A stretch of 64,000 nucleotides of DNA from Octopus sinensis (lineage: Eukaryota). Shown here piece after piece: positions 1-13,025 of this stretch (position 1 is the first letter of the stretch; each line of letters opens with the position of its first letter). Location: positions 22,630,001 to 22,694,000 of the forward strand of contig NC_043012.1 of assembly GCF_006345805.1 (NCBI RefSeq), in the 5' to 3' direction. The notes beneath the pieces are model-generated. The model did not search any database, was not told where the DNA came from, and was given only the letters and a program-made list of their open reading frames with translations. Made by a program: the position numbers and the translations under genes.

Positions 1-591
1 TGCTATTTTCTCCTTCCAGTAGGAAGAATAAATAAATAATGTTTTCTTCTGCAAGCAAGCTATTCAGGACAACTAACTTAGAAGAAAATGAAATATAGGA
101 ATGAAATGAATAAATTTTGTTTACACTTTTAATATATATTCAACAATGGTGCTTTGATAGAGAAGCCTTCTGATCAATGTCTGACTGTTTATACTCAGCT
201 AGTTTGAATGGAAGGCACTGCTGTACGCTCAACAGAGAATGGCAACTGCTGTGGTCACAACAACAACAACAACAACAAAGAAGTGTTGCATATTGGCAAG
301 TATTTAATATTACGAGTTCAAAACTTCTCGAAGGAGAGGGAAGATGTTCAGAAAAGAAATCTGAAATAGAAATAAAGAAATATATGATTTTATATGGTGC
401 TGGTATGTGGCTGCATGGTTAGTTTCTTTGCTTTCCAACCAATCGAGTATTCTGAGGTTCATTTCCACTGTATGGTACCTTGGACAAGAATCTTTTACTG
501 TAGCTGCAGGACAACCAATGCCTTAGGAATTCATTTGATAGATTCAAACTATATGCTTGCAGAGATCAATATTGTTGGTAGGACCAATATT

Positions 592-824
592 AAGGCAGCG
601 AGCTGGCAGAAACGTTAGCACACCAGGCGAAATGCTCAGTGGTATTTCATCTGCCATTACGTTCTGAGTTCAAATTCTGCCAAGGCTGACTTTGCCTTCC
701 ATCCTTTCGGGGTCAATTAAATAAGTACCAGTTAAGCACTGGGGTCGATGTAATCGACTTAATCCCTTTGTCTGTCCTTGTTTGTCCCCTCTATGTTTAA
801 CCCCCTGTGGCCAATGAAGAAATA
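592..824 (+). mobile_element. tRNA-derived SINE, family A (head ggcggcgagctggcagaa..., body cctttcatcctttcggggtcga...)
   Basis: A-box-like tggcagaaacgttag and B-box-like gagttcaaattc, followed by the conserved body. Further copies at ~1598-1815(+), 5790-5990(-), 8380-8600(-), 26095-26310(+) and 62560-62720(-). Confidence 0.85.
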
Positions 825-830
825 AATATT

Positions 831-1140
831 GGTAGGAATGGCTGTGTGGTTAAGAAGCTTGTTTTGGTTTCAAGTTCAGTCCCACAATGTGGTACCTTGG
901 GCAAGTGTCTCTTACTACAACCCCAAAGCTGACCAATGCCTTGTAAATGAAGTTGGCAGAGAGAAACTACGAGGAAGCCTGCTATGTGTGTCTTTGCACT
1001 AGTACTTGTCCTCCCACTACCACTTGACAACCGGTGTTGGTTTGTTTACGTTCCCATAACTTAATGCTTTGGCAGCAGAGATCAATATGCACTGGTGACG
1101 ATTTCTTTGACTAAACTCTTTAAGGTGGTGCAGCAGCAGC
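831..1140 (+). mobile_element. CORE-type tRNA SINE, family B (OR2-like)
   Basis: tRNA-like head ggctgtgtggttaagaagctt...gttcagtccca and CORE-like ccttgggcaagtgtct. Many more copies, e.g. ~1965-2130, 2915-3075, 6745-6910, 9080-9430, 23220-23420(-), 38135-38280, 39760-39930(-) and 42420-42570. Confidence 0.8.
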
Positions 1141-1426
1141 ATTCGCTGAGTACAAACACTCATACAAACAGCGAGGTAGAAATGATGAATGTTTTTTATA
1201 ATAATAATAATAATGAAATTATTGTATACAGTGCTCAGGTGCACCACAACTGCTCAGGTGCACCACAAATTTCTTGTCGGTGATAGCTTTTAACGTTTGG
1301 ATTTGTGTGGAATAAAATTAATCTTTTACTTGAAAAACAGGTAAAGGTTAGTGATATGAAAAGTGTCCAGCTGTAAGCCAATGGAAATTACTATTTGTAA
1401 ATCTCTCAACAAGAGACATTCAATTA

Positions 1427-1563
1427 CAGTACTCTAGAGTAAAGATTATTTGCCAACACAACATGGCAGTCCTGGTTTAGAACAATGTCTCCTGGGGCTA
1501 AATTACAACAACATTCATCCTAAACCAGGATTGCTATATTATGTTGGCAAATAATCTTTACTG
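1427..1563. mobile_element. Tc1/mariner-type MITE (fold-back) with TA target duplication
   Basis: Inverted arms gtaaagattatttgccaaca / tgttggcaaataatctttac and cctggtttag / ctaaaccagg. Termini are ta|cagt...actg|ta. Confidence 0.7.
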
Positions 1564-2145
1564 TAAATCAATGCTTCAATAATATGGACTTAACTAATAA
1601 GGTGGTGAGCTGGTAGAAACGTTAGCACGCCAAGTGAAATGCTTAGTGGTATTTTGTCTGTTTTATGTTCTGAGTTCAAATTCCACTGTGGTCGACTTTG
1701 CCTTTCATCCTTTTGGGGTCAATAAATTAAGTACCAGTTGTGTACTGGGGTTGATCTAATTAAGTAGCTCCCTCCCCCAAAATTTCATGTCTTGTGCCTA
1801 GAGGAGAAAAGAATATGGATTTGACTCATGAGAACATAGAAAACTAAAGGACAAGTGATTTTTTTTGTTCTTCAAACAAAACAGTGGACTTAAAATCTCA
1901 TTGGTTGTAGAATCTGTCTATCTAAAAGAAAATCTGGACTTTCTAAGAAATATTTGCTTTCATAGGTGCAAGCATAAGTTGTGTGATTAAAAAGCTCACG
2001 TTGCAATCATATGGTTTCAGGTTCAGTCTCACTACACAGCACCTTGGACAAATCTCTTCTGCTATAGTCCCAGGTTAACTAAAGCCTTGTGAGTGAGTTT
2101 AGTTGAGGGAAACAGTGTAGAAGCCCAACATATATATATATGTGT

Positions 2146-2460
2146 GTGGAGGTGAAATGGCCCAGTGGTTAGGGCAGCGGACTCGCAGTTGTAGGGTCGC
2201 GGTTTCGATTCCCAGATGGAGCGTTGTGAGTGTTTATTGAGCGAAAAACACCTAAAGCTCCATGAGGCTCTGGCAGGGGGTGGTGGCGATCCCTGCTGTA
2301 CTTTTTTGCCACAACTTTCTCTCATTCTTTCTTCTGTTGGCCTGCTCGCTTAGCCAGCGGGGTGGTGTCGTTTGAAGGCTAAAACAATGTGAAGCGCATT
2401 GTGACCAGCGATGTGTAGCAACATCTGATAGTCTGGTCGGTCACGGTGATCACGGTGATA
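2146..2460 (+). mobile_element. tRNA-derived SINE, family D
   Basis: Head tggcccagtggttagggcagcggactcgc...ggtttcgattcccag and tail ...ctgatagtctggtcggtcacggtga. A second copy lies at 63707-64000(-). Confidence 0.8.
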
Positions 2461-3090
2461 TATATATATATGTGTGTGTATGTGTATGTGTCTATCTTAT
2501 CCTCCACTCACTGATTGACAACTAGTATGGGTTATTTTATGTCCTCCATATCTTGGTTCAACAAAAGGGGGTTGATGGAATAGGTACCAGGCTTGAAATA
2601 TATGTACCGGAGTTGATTTATTCAATTAAAAACATTGAGGCAGTGTCCCAAGATGGTTGCTGTCCAATGACTGAAACATGTAAAAAGGAAGCTGAAAAAT
2701 GCTAAAAATCAAATGTACCTTTTGTGATGACCTGGATTTAATGTTTTGTCTCATGGATGCTACACTCTATGGTTTGGTATTGTCTTTTGTAAAGAATCAC
2801 CAAGACTAATATTTTTAGTGACATGGTAAAAGAAGTGGTGATGTTCATCCATGTCGTACTTCTACAGAAATTAAAGCCAGGTTATGAGGATGGTTTGCTA
2901 GATTTCTTTGAAATTTTAGGTACAGGTGTGGGCTGTGAGGTTAAGCAGCTCGCTTCCCAACCACATGGTTCTGGGTTCAGTTCTATTGCATGGCACCTTG
3001 GGCAATGTCTTCCACTATAGTCCCAGACTAACCAGAGTTTTGCAAGTAGATTTGGTATATAAAAAACTGAAAAACAGCTCGTGTGTGTGT

Positions 3091-3134
<44 letters not shown>

Positions 3135-5019
3135 AGGGGTGGCATTTGAATTGGTGTCTCCTTGTCTTGGCATCACAGGACAATTGTAAACAAGTGTCAC
3201 TGCTGTACAGTGGTGTCCTTTGTTTCCAATGTTCTGGGAAAAATATGTCTGGCCATGGGGAAAATTCTTTACCTTACTTGGATACAGGTGAGTATTGGTG
3301 ACAGGAAGAGAATCCACACGTAGAAAAATCTGCTTCAACAAATTCTGTCTGATCCATGCTAGCATGGAAAAGCAAACTTTAAAATGCTGATAATGACGTT
3401 AACATAAGGTAAAGCAGAGGTAAAAATCTGCTTCTGAATCAAAGAGATGTTTGTTTTTGAAGTTTCAAGGCTTTGATTGGTAAATATTTTGTGATTGCCA
3501 TCAATTAAAAGGAAACCAAAAAAAAAAAAAAATGGCAAAAAAAAATTAAAAAGTAATAAAATAAGTAAATAAAAATTCTGCAGATAATATATAAAAAAAA
3601 AAGAAAGATTCTAATAGATTTATTACTCTTTGTGGTGCTTGTCTGTTGACATGTAGGATTATGTGATTGCTTATATATGAATACATGTAAACACATACAA
3701 TGGAATATCAATCCATATATGCACACACATACACACACCCACGCACACAGATGAACATATAAGCATATGCGTAATCTGCATGCATGCATGTGTGTGTGTG
3801 TGTGTGTGCAATCTGCATGGTTAGTGTGCATGCATATTTGTATACATGTGTGCATGTAAGTACATGGTTGTAGGAATTGACAAGCCATCAAAGCACTTAG
3901 TCTTCAATTATGAGCCAGTAAAGTGAATTGCGAGAGTCTACATTTGTTCAAATGCCATAGGTTACAAAATTTCCTTTAGAAATTGAGTGAGGTTCATAGG
4001 AAAGGACAGATTATTTAACTTTCAAGTGAAGTTCTGATTCACAGATGACGTGGAAGGGTAGGAAGGTAGTATAGCGAAGTCAGGGCTAATTATAGAAGAA
4101 ATTAGGTTGGAAGCAAGTGAGAGGAAAGTTCCGAAATCTTAAAATAAGTCATCATAACCATAATAAAGCTGGAATGAGGAAATGGAATGCACTATTAATA
4201 TGTGGTATATCATTAAGTTGCTGAACCAGCTACCAGAGAGAGAGAGAGGGGACAGAGAGGGGAGAGAGAGAGGGGGAACAGAGAGGGGAGAGAGAGACAG
4301 AGAGAGAGAGAGAGAGGGAGAGAGCTGTTGACCATAGCTGGGAGGTAAACTAGGAAGATATCTTTTGGAGATAAGCATTATTCTTATTTCTGATAAATTT
4401 GGACTGTTTATACCAGAGGGAGAAAGTGAGTGAAAGATGAAGAGAATGAGACAGAAAAGATAGATAGATAGATAGATAGATAGATGGATAGATAGAGAGA
4501 AAGAGAGACAGAGAGAGCTACAGTCTATAAATGTATGCATGTCTATTTATTTCCCTCTCTCTCTACACCCACACACAATTATTCACATAATTTATTTTGG
4601 ATGAACGAGATAGGAGTACTCAATACTGTAGAGGATGTTTTTTTTTTTAATTGGAAATGAAACAAAGAGTTTGTCTCATAACTTGAGTTTCATGCTACTG
4701 AGATCTTCAGGCAAGAACTACACACACGCATACATCATCATCGTCAGTAGTTCATGTCTTTCCCACCAAAAGGACACTCTAAAGCATTTGAGAAATAATA
4801 TATTTTTTATGGAATTTAAAAGTGATTGGTGGTCATAGAGTGACCATTGGTTTTCAACCCACAAAGCACTTAGCAGTACATTGGACTCAAAGACTAACAA
4901 GTTGACAATACTGTAAAGTGCTTTATAGGTTCGAAACCAATGGTCACTCTATGACTGACCATAACATTTAATCAAAATTTTGTCAAAATCAAAATTAAGA
5001 TTGAAATCATCATCCAAAA

Positions 5020-5310
5020 TGGAAATTGTAGTTGTGGCCGATGCCAGTGCCGCCTGACTGGCACCCGTGTTGGTGGCATGTAATAAGAACCATTCAAACG
5101 TAGGTCGGTGCCAGTGTCACCTGACTGGCTCCTGTGCTGGTGGGACGGAAAAAGCACCCACTACACTCTTGGAGTGGTTGGCATTAGGAAGGGCATCCAG
5201 CTGTAGAAACATTGCTAGATCAGATTGGAGCCAGGTGCAGCCTACTGGCTCCCCAGACTTCAGTCCAACCCATGCCAGCATGGAAAACGGACATTAAATG
5301 ATGATGATGA
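5020..5310 (+). mobile_element. Family C retroposon (ggaagggcatcc motif, (GAT)n tail)
   Basis: Shared block gagtggttggcattaggaagggcatccagctgtagaaac...ccatgccagcatggaaaacggacattaaatgatgatga. Copies at ~5320-5600(-), 14025-14320(-), 17328-17770(-), 19780-19970, 38459-38727, 46905-47100 and 58295-58450(-). I recall the ggaagggcatcc motif as typical of RTE-derived 5' segments in SINEs. Confidence 0.75.
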
Positions 5311-6907
5311 TATATAACGTCATCATCATCAACATGATTTAATGTCTGCTTTCCATGCTGGCATGGGTTGGACGGTTTACTGGAACAAGTAAGCTGGAGA
5401 GCTGCACCAGGTTCAGCTGAATTTGGCTTGATTTCTACAGCTGAATGCCCTTCTAATTGCCCTTCCTAATGCCCTCTGAGAGAGTAGTGTTGGTGCCTTT
5501 TATGTGTCACTGGAACAGAAGCTGTTATGTGTCACTGGCACTGGCCATAACTATGATTTCACTTGGCTTGATGAGTGCTGTTTATCTTGATATGAGATCA
5601 CCATGTCGCGCACATATGGTTGTGATGCATGTGCCTGGTGTACCTTTATCGGACGGGTACTCATGATGGGTATACTGGGCTTCGTATATTTTACCCCAGT
5701 GTCACTTTGATGGCATTCACTTGATGATGATGATGATGATGATGGTGGTGATGATGGTGATGGTGATGATGAGGATGATGATCCTTTATACTAGAAGTAC
5801 AAGGCCTGAAATTTTTGTGGGGCAGGGGACAGTCAATTATAGCAATCCCCAATACTCAGCTGGTACTTATTTCATCGGTCCTCAAATGGATGAAAGGCGA
5901 AGTCAACCTTGTTGGAACTCGAACATAGAATGAACAGACAGACACACAGACAGAGTGTTGCTAGGTGTTTTGTCCAATGTGCTAATGATTCTTCTACCTC
6001 AACAACATGCTTGCATAAGTTCTATGATATTTATTAAGACAAATTTTCTATAGCAAATAGATACTCTTTCTATTGACAGTCCTCACCTGTTGCCAAGCAA
6101 GATAATATTTCCTCTGGTATATTATTGTTAGATTACATATTTCAGTAAACTAAGGCCCTCTCACACAGGTATCAGTTTCTGTTTTTGCTATGTTTTTGTC
6201 TTTCTGCAGTCTCCCATCTCTAGATGGTTTGCATATTTTAGGCCTCAAGGTACTGCAAATCTCTATCCTGGAAACTAGAACAGGAGAATAAAGAGAAATA
6301 AGCAGAGAGGCGGATATGCATTCAGTGTAATGGGTTTACGTGAAGTTTAACTTGATCTCTACTGCTCACTGGGATAGGTTACAATGACATCTGAATTACA
6401 TTTACATGACACATGTTCATAACATCTACATACATATGGACAACAAACATGCACATCACACATTAAGATACACAAACATATGTACACACACGTAAACATA
6501 CACACATGAATCTATAAATACCAGAGTCCTGAGATGGCAACTTGTAAACTAATCATATTGTGAAAGGAAATAGTCAGAGATATAGATAAGGAGACAAACA
6601 GACTGATAAATAAATTAGACTGATATATGGTGAAGGACTACCTAACCTCATATTGTCATTTGAGAAGTGAGGTTACATTACTTACATCTGTGCATAAATG
6701 CATATAACCAATGTATACATACAGGTTTCATTAAATACATGACTATAGGCACAGATGTCATTGTGTAGTAAGAAATTTGCTTACCAACCACATGGTTCCA
6801 GGTTCAGTCCTGCTGCTTGAGACTTGGGCAAGTGTTTTTTTACTATATCCGCGGGCCAACCAAAGCATAATGAGTGGATTTGGTTGACGGAAACTGAAAG
6901 CCTGTCA

Positions 6908-7005
6908 TGTATATGTGTGTGTGTATATGTGTGTGTATATGTGTGTGTGAGTGTGTGTGTGTGTGAATGTGTGTTTTTTGTCTGTGTGTGTGTGTTGTGT
7001 GTGTT

Positions 7006-7036
<31 letters not shown>

Positions 7037-7108
7037 TTGCATTTTTGTATGTGTGTGTGTATGTTGTGTGTTTGTATGTGTATGTGTGTGTTTTTGTATG
7101 TGTGTGCA
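6908..7108. repeat. (TG)n compound microsatellite
   Basis: Direct inspection. Confidence 0.9.
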
Positions 7109-8092
7109 TGACTAAATTTGTCCTAAAACAACTGAAACCTGTAGCATATTTTGATAAAAATGTAAATAATACTTTTTCTTTTGTTCATCATGTCTCAAAG
7201 CATTTTCTTTTTTTTTTAAATATATATACATGTGTGTATATGTATGTGGGTGTATGTATATATTTATGTATGCATGCAAAACCAGAATAAGACACAACTA
7301 CAATGAGTATTCATTTGAGCTTTATATGTGTGTGCATGAAATTTGAAAGGAAAACAAACAAAAACAGAGGAATCCTTAAAAGCATTATATCAAAAAACCA
7401 AAATTAGCAATCTATTCTTTGTTATCTTTTTCAATCATTTTCATCTCGGTGAAGCCATTGGTGCCACAGAAACAGACACACCTTACCATCACTCCACCAA
7501 ACATTTTACTTTTGCAATCTGCAGGCACATAACTTTGCTTTGCTTTGCTCTGTCTTCCTCGCTGTCCTTATACCATCTGAGAGGCTGAGATAATGAGTAG
7601 GAATTTCTAGCAAAAGGCTAATTTGTTGTTGTCTGTTCTGTTACAAGAGATTCGGTGTAGAAACTAAAGACTCCCCAGCAAGACAAATATGAAGCACATT
7701 GGCTAAAATGGTATATTATAGGTATTAGACAGCAAAGAGTTCCAGGGAAAAGAAACGGTAAGGTGGAATCTGAGTTAAATACCTGTTATCAAGAGGCGAA
7801 CAAATGACAGTAGTTGACTGAAGCAATTTCTGCACCATTCCATTATAGTGATCTAAATAATCTCTCTGTTTACTGAACACCTCAAGACAACAACAACAAC
7901 AACACTAATAATAACTGCTTCCAGCAAGACAGAAAGCCTGACATTTTCCAGGAGTTGTTCACATGATTAAATTGTCTTTAGTACTTCACTTGTACTTTTA
8001 TTTTATTTACCCCTGAGTGATGAGAGGCAGAGTTGATCTTGACAGGAATTGAACTGATGCTCTAATAATTCTGCCAATCTGCTGCTCTTATG

Positions 8093-8124
<32 letters not shown>

Positions 8125-8125
<1 letters not shown>

Positions 8126-8260
8126 TACCATGTCGCACACATATGGTTGTGATGCATGAGCTTGGTGTACCCTTATCAGATGGGTAGTCATGATAGGTAT
8201 ATTGGGTTTTGTATATTTTAACTCAGTGTCACTTTGATGGCATGCTCCCTCACTCACTCG
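8125..8260 (+). mobile_element. Short interspersed repeat (family F) embedded in (TAA)n
   Basis: tcgcacacatatggttgtgatgcatg...cagtgtcactttgatggcat also occurs at ~5603-5720. Here it is flanked on both sides by (TAA)n. Confidence 0.6.
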
Positions 8261-8263
8261 ATG

Positions 8264-8297
<34 letters not shown>

Positions 8298-8331
8298 TAA
8301 TGATAATAATAATAATAAATAATAATAATAA

Positions 8332-8362
<31 letters not shown>

Positions 8363-8644
8363 AAGAAGATGAAGAAGAAGAAGAATTCCTTTATACTTTA
8401 GTTACAAGGCTTGAAATTTTTTAAGAGAGGGGTTTAGTTGATTACACCTTCCCCAGTACACAACTGGTACTTATTTCCCTGACCCTAAAAGGATGAAAGG
8501 TACAGTGAACCTTGGTGGAATTTGAACTCAGGACACAATGACAGATGAAATGCTACTAAGTATTTTGTCCAGCATGCTAATGACTCTGCCAGCTTCTTGC
8601 CATAATAATAATAATAATAATAACAATGATAACAATGCTTTCTA

Positions 8645-8990
8645 ATCGATGTATCAATACCAGTAGAAGACGATGTTTCTTTAAAAGAAATGGAGAAACT
8701 TTCAAAATACAAAAACCTGGAAATAGAGGTAACTTGTATGTGGTGTCTAGAAACAGTGACAATTCCTATAATAATAGGCACATTAGGTAACTACATAACA
8801 AAAACACCAGGACTAACAAATATATATAACATACAGAAAATTGCACTACTTGGCACTGCACACATCCTACATAAAACACTTTCAATACAGTGAAAATAAG
8901 AGCACCACAACAAACCACAGCACACACCCAAGGCACACAGTGCTGCGCTCGGTAATGCAGTAAAAGCATATGATAAAATGAAGACTACTG
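8645..8990 (+). mobile_element. 5'-truncated R4/Dong-clade non-LTR retrotransposon (restriction-like endonuclease C-terminus plus 3' UTR)
   Basis: Translates IDVSIPVEDDVSLKEMEKLSKYKNLEIEVTCMW...IPIIIGTLG...IQKIALLGTAHILHKTL*, the PD-(D/E)xK REL C-terminus. Both flanks are (TAA)n-like, the known Dong target. Confidence 0.8.
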
Positions 8991-9733
8991 AATAATAACG
9001 ATGATAATAATAAGGGTTTGATATTTTGTTACAAGGCCAGCAATTACTTAGACCAATTAAGATGCTCACTTTGCAACCATGCCATTTCAAATTAAGTCTC
9101 ATTGTGTGGCACTTTGGGCAGGAGTCGCTTTACTATTGTCCCAAGGGAACCAATGTCTTATGGGTGGATTTGGTAGAGGGAAACTGTGGAAACCTGTTGT
9201 GTATATATATGTGTGTATGTGCGTGTGTGTGTGTTTGTGTTTGTCCCACTCAACATCACTTGACAAATGGTGTTGGTTTGTTTACATTCCTGTACCTTAG
9301 CAAAAGAAACTGATAGAATAAGCACCAGACTTTAAGAAACAATTACTGGAGTCAATTTGTTTGATAAACTCTTCAAGTCAGTGCCCCAGCATGGCCACAG
9401 TCAATGATTGAAACAAATAAAATGTAAAAGATAAAAAAAAAAGAGGTAACATTCTAAGAAGAATAGAAACAAACAAACACTGGAGATAAATGACACCTGC
9501 TGTGTATTTGAACTCAAGACCTAATAGTTTATAACTAAACAACCAGTGACCATACCCACTCCTCTAGTCACTGTTCATTTCTGCCAATGTGTGTCGTACA
9601 CGCCTGGGTTTGGAGATGTGTTCGTGAAAAACCTACCAAACCGATGCATGCGTAAATATAATAAATAATCCTTTTTCTACTATCGGCACAAGGCCTGAAA
9701 TTTTGAGCGGCGGGATTAATTGATTACATTATT

Positions 9734-10151
9734 GGGATCCTTTTGGTTTGAACGGCAGTTTTTAACATAATTTCTAGGTAACTAAAAAATTTAAAACTTT
9801 GTATACTGGTAGAATGTGTTTATAAAACATCTTTTTCTCTTGGCTTTATTGAGAAAATTCTATAGTTTGTAAGATATTTGTTGATTTTTTTCTTCAATTT
9901 CTGCAATGTCAACCAATCAATGACGTGTATTGAGGTTATAAACATTCTGTGCTGTATGAATATGTCCCTCGTTTAAGAAACAGATTGGGTTTATTTACAT
10001 TTGTGAAGTAAAAAAGATACCCCCCCCCAACCGTAACCCCTAACCCTAAAATAGATTGAAATGCAATAGATCGATACTAGGGTCCTAATTATGGGTGACA
10101 ATTTCATATGACACCGCTAGAAAAAACTGCCCTTCAAACCGAAAAGATCCC
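9734..10151. mobile_element. MITE with ~29 bp TIRs inserted into a family A SINE
   Basis: gggatccttttggtttgaacggcagtttt / aaaactgcccttcaaaccgaaaagatccc, with attatt on both sides. The interrupted SINE resumes at ~10158. Confidence 0.8.
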
Positions 10152-10399
10152 ATTATTGACCCCAGTGTGCAACTGGTACTTATTTTATCAACCTAGAAAG
10201 GTCTGAAAAGAAGTCGACCCCTGCTCCAGTGGAATTTGAACTCAGAACATAAAGATAACTGAAATGCCACAAAAGGTCTTGCTCTGTGTGCTGAGGATTC
10301 TACCAACTTGTTGCATTCATATGTGAATGGAATAATGTATGATAAAACACACACACACACAATTGTTTTTTTTCATCATCATCACCACCACCATCTCCA

Positions 10400-10439
10400 T
10401 CATCCTTATTATTGTTATCATTATCATTATTATTATTAC

Positions 10440-10482
<43 letters not shown>

Positions 10483-11040
10483 CAAGGAAATATTTGTGGA
10501 TTACTGTTTTTCTTTTGTATCACACAAAAGTATTCATTTTTCGTATTGTATATAAATATGTATCATGAAAATACGATAATAGTTTACAGTTATGCCTGTA
10601 TTTTTATTTTTGTTCTTTCTTCTTTCTGAAGAATTGTAAAGATGATGCTGGTGGTGGTGGTGCTCCTGTCTTAGACTTCATTGAAAACATATAAATTCTT
10701 GCAGTTACTCCATCCATACACCACACACACACACACATGCCATCTTTGTGGTTTCCAGAGGAAGAGAACGTTATATTTCTTGGAATTTCCTATTTTCTCT
10801 GCACTATTCATAATTCAACAGTGAAAAACAGCGAAGAAAATTTTTTTACCAAAAATGAAAAATAAAACCCTAAATGATAATAATAACAACAACAATAATA
10901 ATAATAATATCAATAGTAATAATAACAGAGGTAGTAGTGGGAGTAGTAGTAGTAATAATAATAATGATAATAACAGCTATAACGATAATAATAATAATAG
11001 TAATAGTAGTAATAATAATAATACTGTTAGTAGTGGTAGT
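10400..11040. repeat. (ATT)n and (AAT)/(AGT)n trinucleotide microsatellite cluster
   Basis: Runs at ~10400-10480 and ~10872-11040, which are the source of the poly-I and poly-N ORFs. Confidence 0.9.
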
Positions 11041-12004
11041 ATTTTTTAAATACATTCTGATAAGAGGAATAAAACATTGAATGAAACACGTATGAGTCCC
11101 CTATTTTAATCATCTTCTGTTTAGCAATCGTTCTACTCCCTCTTGGAAGCCACAAACATGGTGGAAGTAACAAGATGTCCTGAATAACTCTAACATTTCC
11201 GTGTTGAAGGAAGGAAATGAGATTTTTCTGAAAATTACACATAATCTTTTCAAAAAACAGCAAAACTACCTTGCATAAGAATTTTACTATTTTTATTAAT
11301 TTTTTTGCAGTTATTGTCAATGACACAAATATATAAACACACATATCTGCATTATTTCAATATGTACACTTGTTTATTCACACTTATAAACTCTGGTATG
11401 TATGTGCATCTCTATACACTATATAAATTTATATATGGATTAAAAGGCAATATATATACATACATATATATATATATATACAAAAATAATGAGAGAATTT
11501 TTATAAAATGTATTATATATCAAAGGAATTCTGTCTGGAAATGAGTGTGTGCATATATGTGTGTATATGAGTGTATGCATGTGTATGTATGCATGTGTGT
11601 GTATGTGTATGTGAATGCTTGCATGTGTGAGTGTGTGTATGAATGCTGTGCCTGTGTGTATGTTTGTGCATGTCTCCCACCCCCAAATCTACAAGTAGAC
11701 AAAGCTTTAAATATCACACACACACATACACGCACACACGCACACATGCACACACACACACAACACACACACACCATGATCATGACCATCATCATTATAG
11801 GGATTTTATCACATTTCTAGGTAATTTGACATCAGGAAGATGTCACTGACCCACAACACTACTCTTCTTTGGAAACACAAAGATTGCATGTAGGGTTCGC
11901 ACTCGCTCACTTTTCTTTAAACATGGTAATGCTTGCAAATGAACCTTTATGAATCTTTATGAAAAGCATGATGCAGAGTCAAAACGTTGACTCATTGGGT
12001 ATAA

Positions 12005-12242
12005 AAGGCAGTGAACTGGCAGAATCGTTAGCACGCCGGGCGAAATGCTTAGTGGTATTTCGTCTGCTACTACGTTCTGGGTTCAAATTCCGCCAAGGTC
12101 GACTTTGCCTTTCATCCTTTCGGGGTCGATTAAATAAGTACCAGTTACGCACTGGGGTCGATATAATTGACTTAATCCATTTGTCTGTCCTTGTTTATCC
12201 CCTCTGTGTTTGGCCCCTTGTGGGTAGTAAAGAAATAGGTAT
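12005..12242 (+). mobile_element. Full-length family A SINE (reference monomer)
   Basis: Intact head, B box and body. The tail ends gtagtaaagaaataggtat. Confidence 0.9.
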
Positions 12243-12294
12243 AAAAGGCATCAAAATTTACCATCCTGTCATTCGCTTCCTGAACGTAGTAAGC

Positions 12295-12883
12295 ATGCCA
12301 AGACTGACATGAAATCCGTGGGAGCAAGCCATCGGACGTCTCCATGCTGGTCAACATCCATGCGTCATTGCTAATGGCTTGAACTGCAGGAACATCTCCC
12401 CTAATTAGAAGGCCATTCCATTGCAGGGTGACCCCTATTTACAGCTGAATGCACTGGAGCAACGTGAAATGGAGTGTTTCACTCAAGGACACAGGCAACA
12501 AGCAGCACGGATGATCGTCCACACAGTGACCGACTGAAGGTTATCACAGTACCAACAGCACTTCCAGAACTGATTCTGGAGGGCAATGGAATGAGCTAGG
12601 TAGACCACAGGGATTCACCACAGACCCCTTTGTGCAGTGGCAGTTAGCTGCCAGCTGAGATCTTTTAATGTCTTGTCAACGTCTGCAGTGGGGTCAAAAA
12701 CATCAGAACTGATGCTATCAGCAGTGGAGGATTGTAGTCTTCTCTGATGAAAGTCAATATTGCATTTCTGTGATGGATGGCAGAGCAAGGGTTTGAAGAA
12801 GAAGGGGTGATCATCATATTGATGGCTGTCTGGTGAAAAGAGACTCATGGGGAGGACAGAGCATTATGGCATGGGGTGGGATT
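12295..12883 (+). pseudogene. Decayed Tc1-family (DD34E-type) transposase, interrupted by a SINE fragment at ~12395-12495
   Basis: MPRLT*NPWEQAIGRLHAGQ (paired-like HTH start), STDDRPHSDRLKVIT, and WRIVVFSDESQYCISVMDGRARV*RRRG...WGGQSIMAWGGI. Confidence 0.85.
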
Positions 12884-13025
12884 TATTTGTTTCAGTCATT
12901 TGACTGTTGCCTTGCTGGAGCACCACCTTTAGTCGAGCAAATTGACCCCAGTACTTATTCTATTGGTCTCTTTTACCAAACTGCTAAGTTATGGGAATCA
13001 TGTGATTGGGAAACAAGCTTCTTAC

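Noticed and set aside
2146-2220. tRNA genes
   Set aside because: All tRNA-like heads in the window continue into SINE bodies and lack a complete cloverleaf acceptor stem.
6210-6249. 40 nt exon candidate (SPISRWFAYFRPQ) with good splice signals
   Set aside because: Isolated, too short to assess, and no partner exon could be linked.
10025-10050. Telomeric (TTAGGG)n remnant
   Set aside because: Only 2-3 degenerate units, internal to a MITE.
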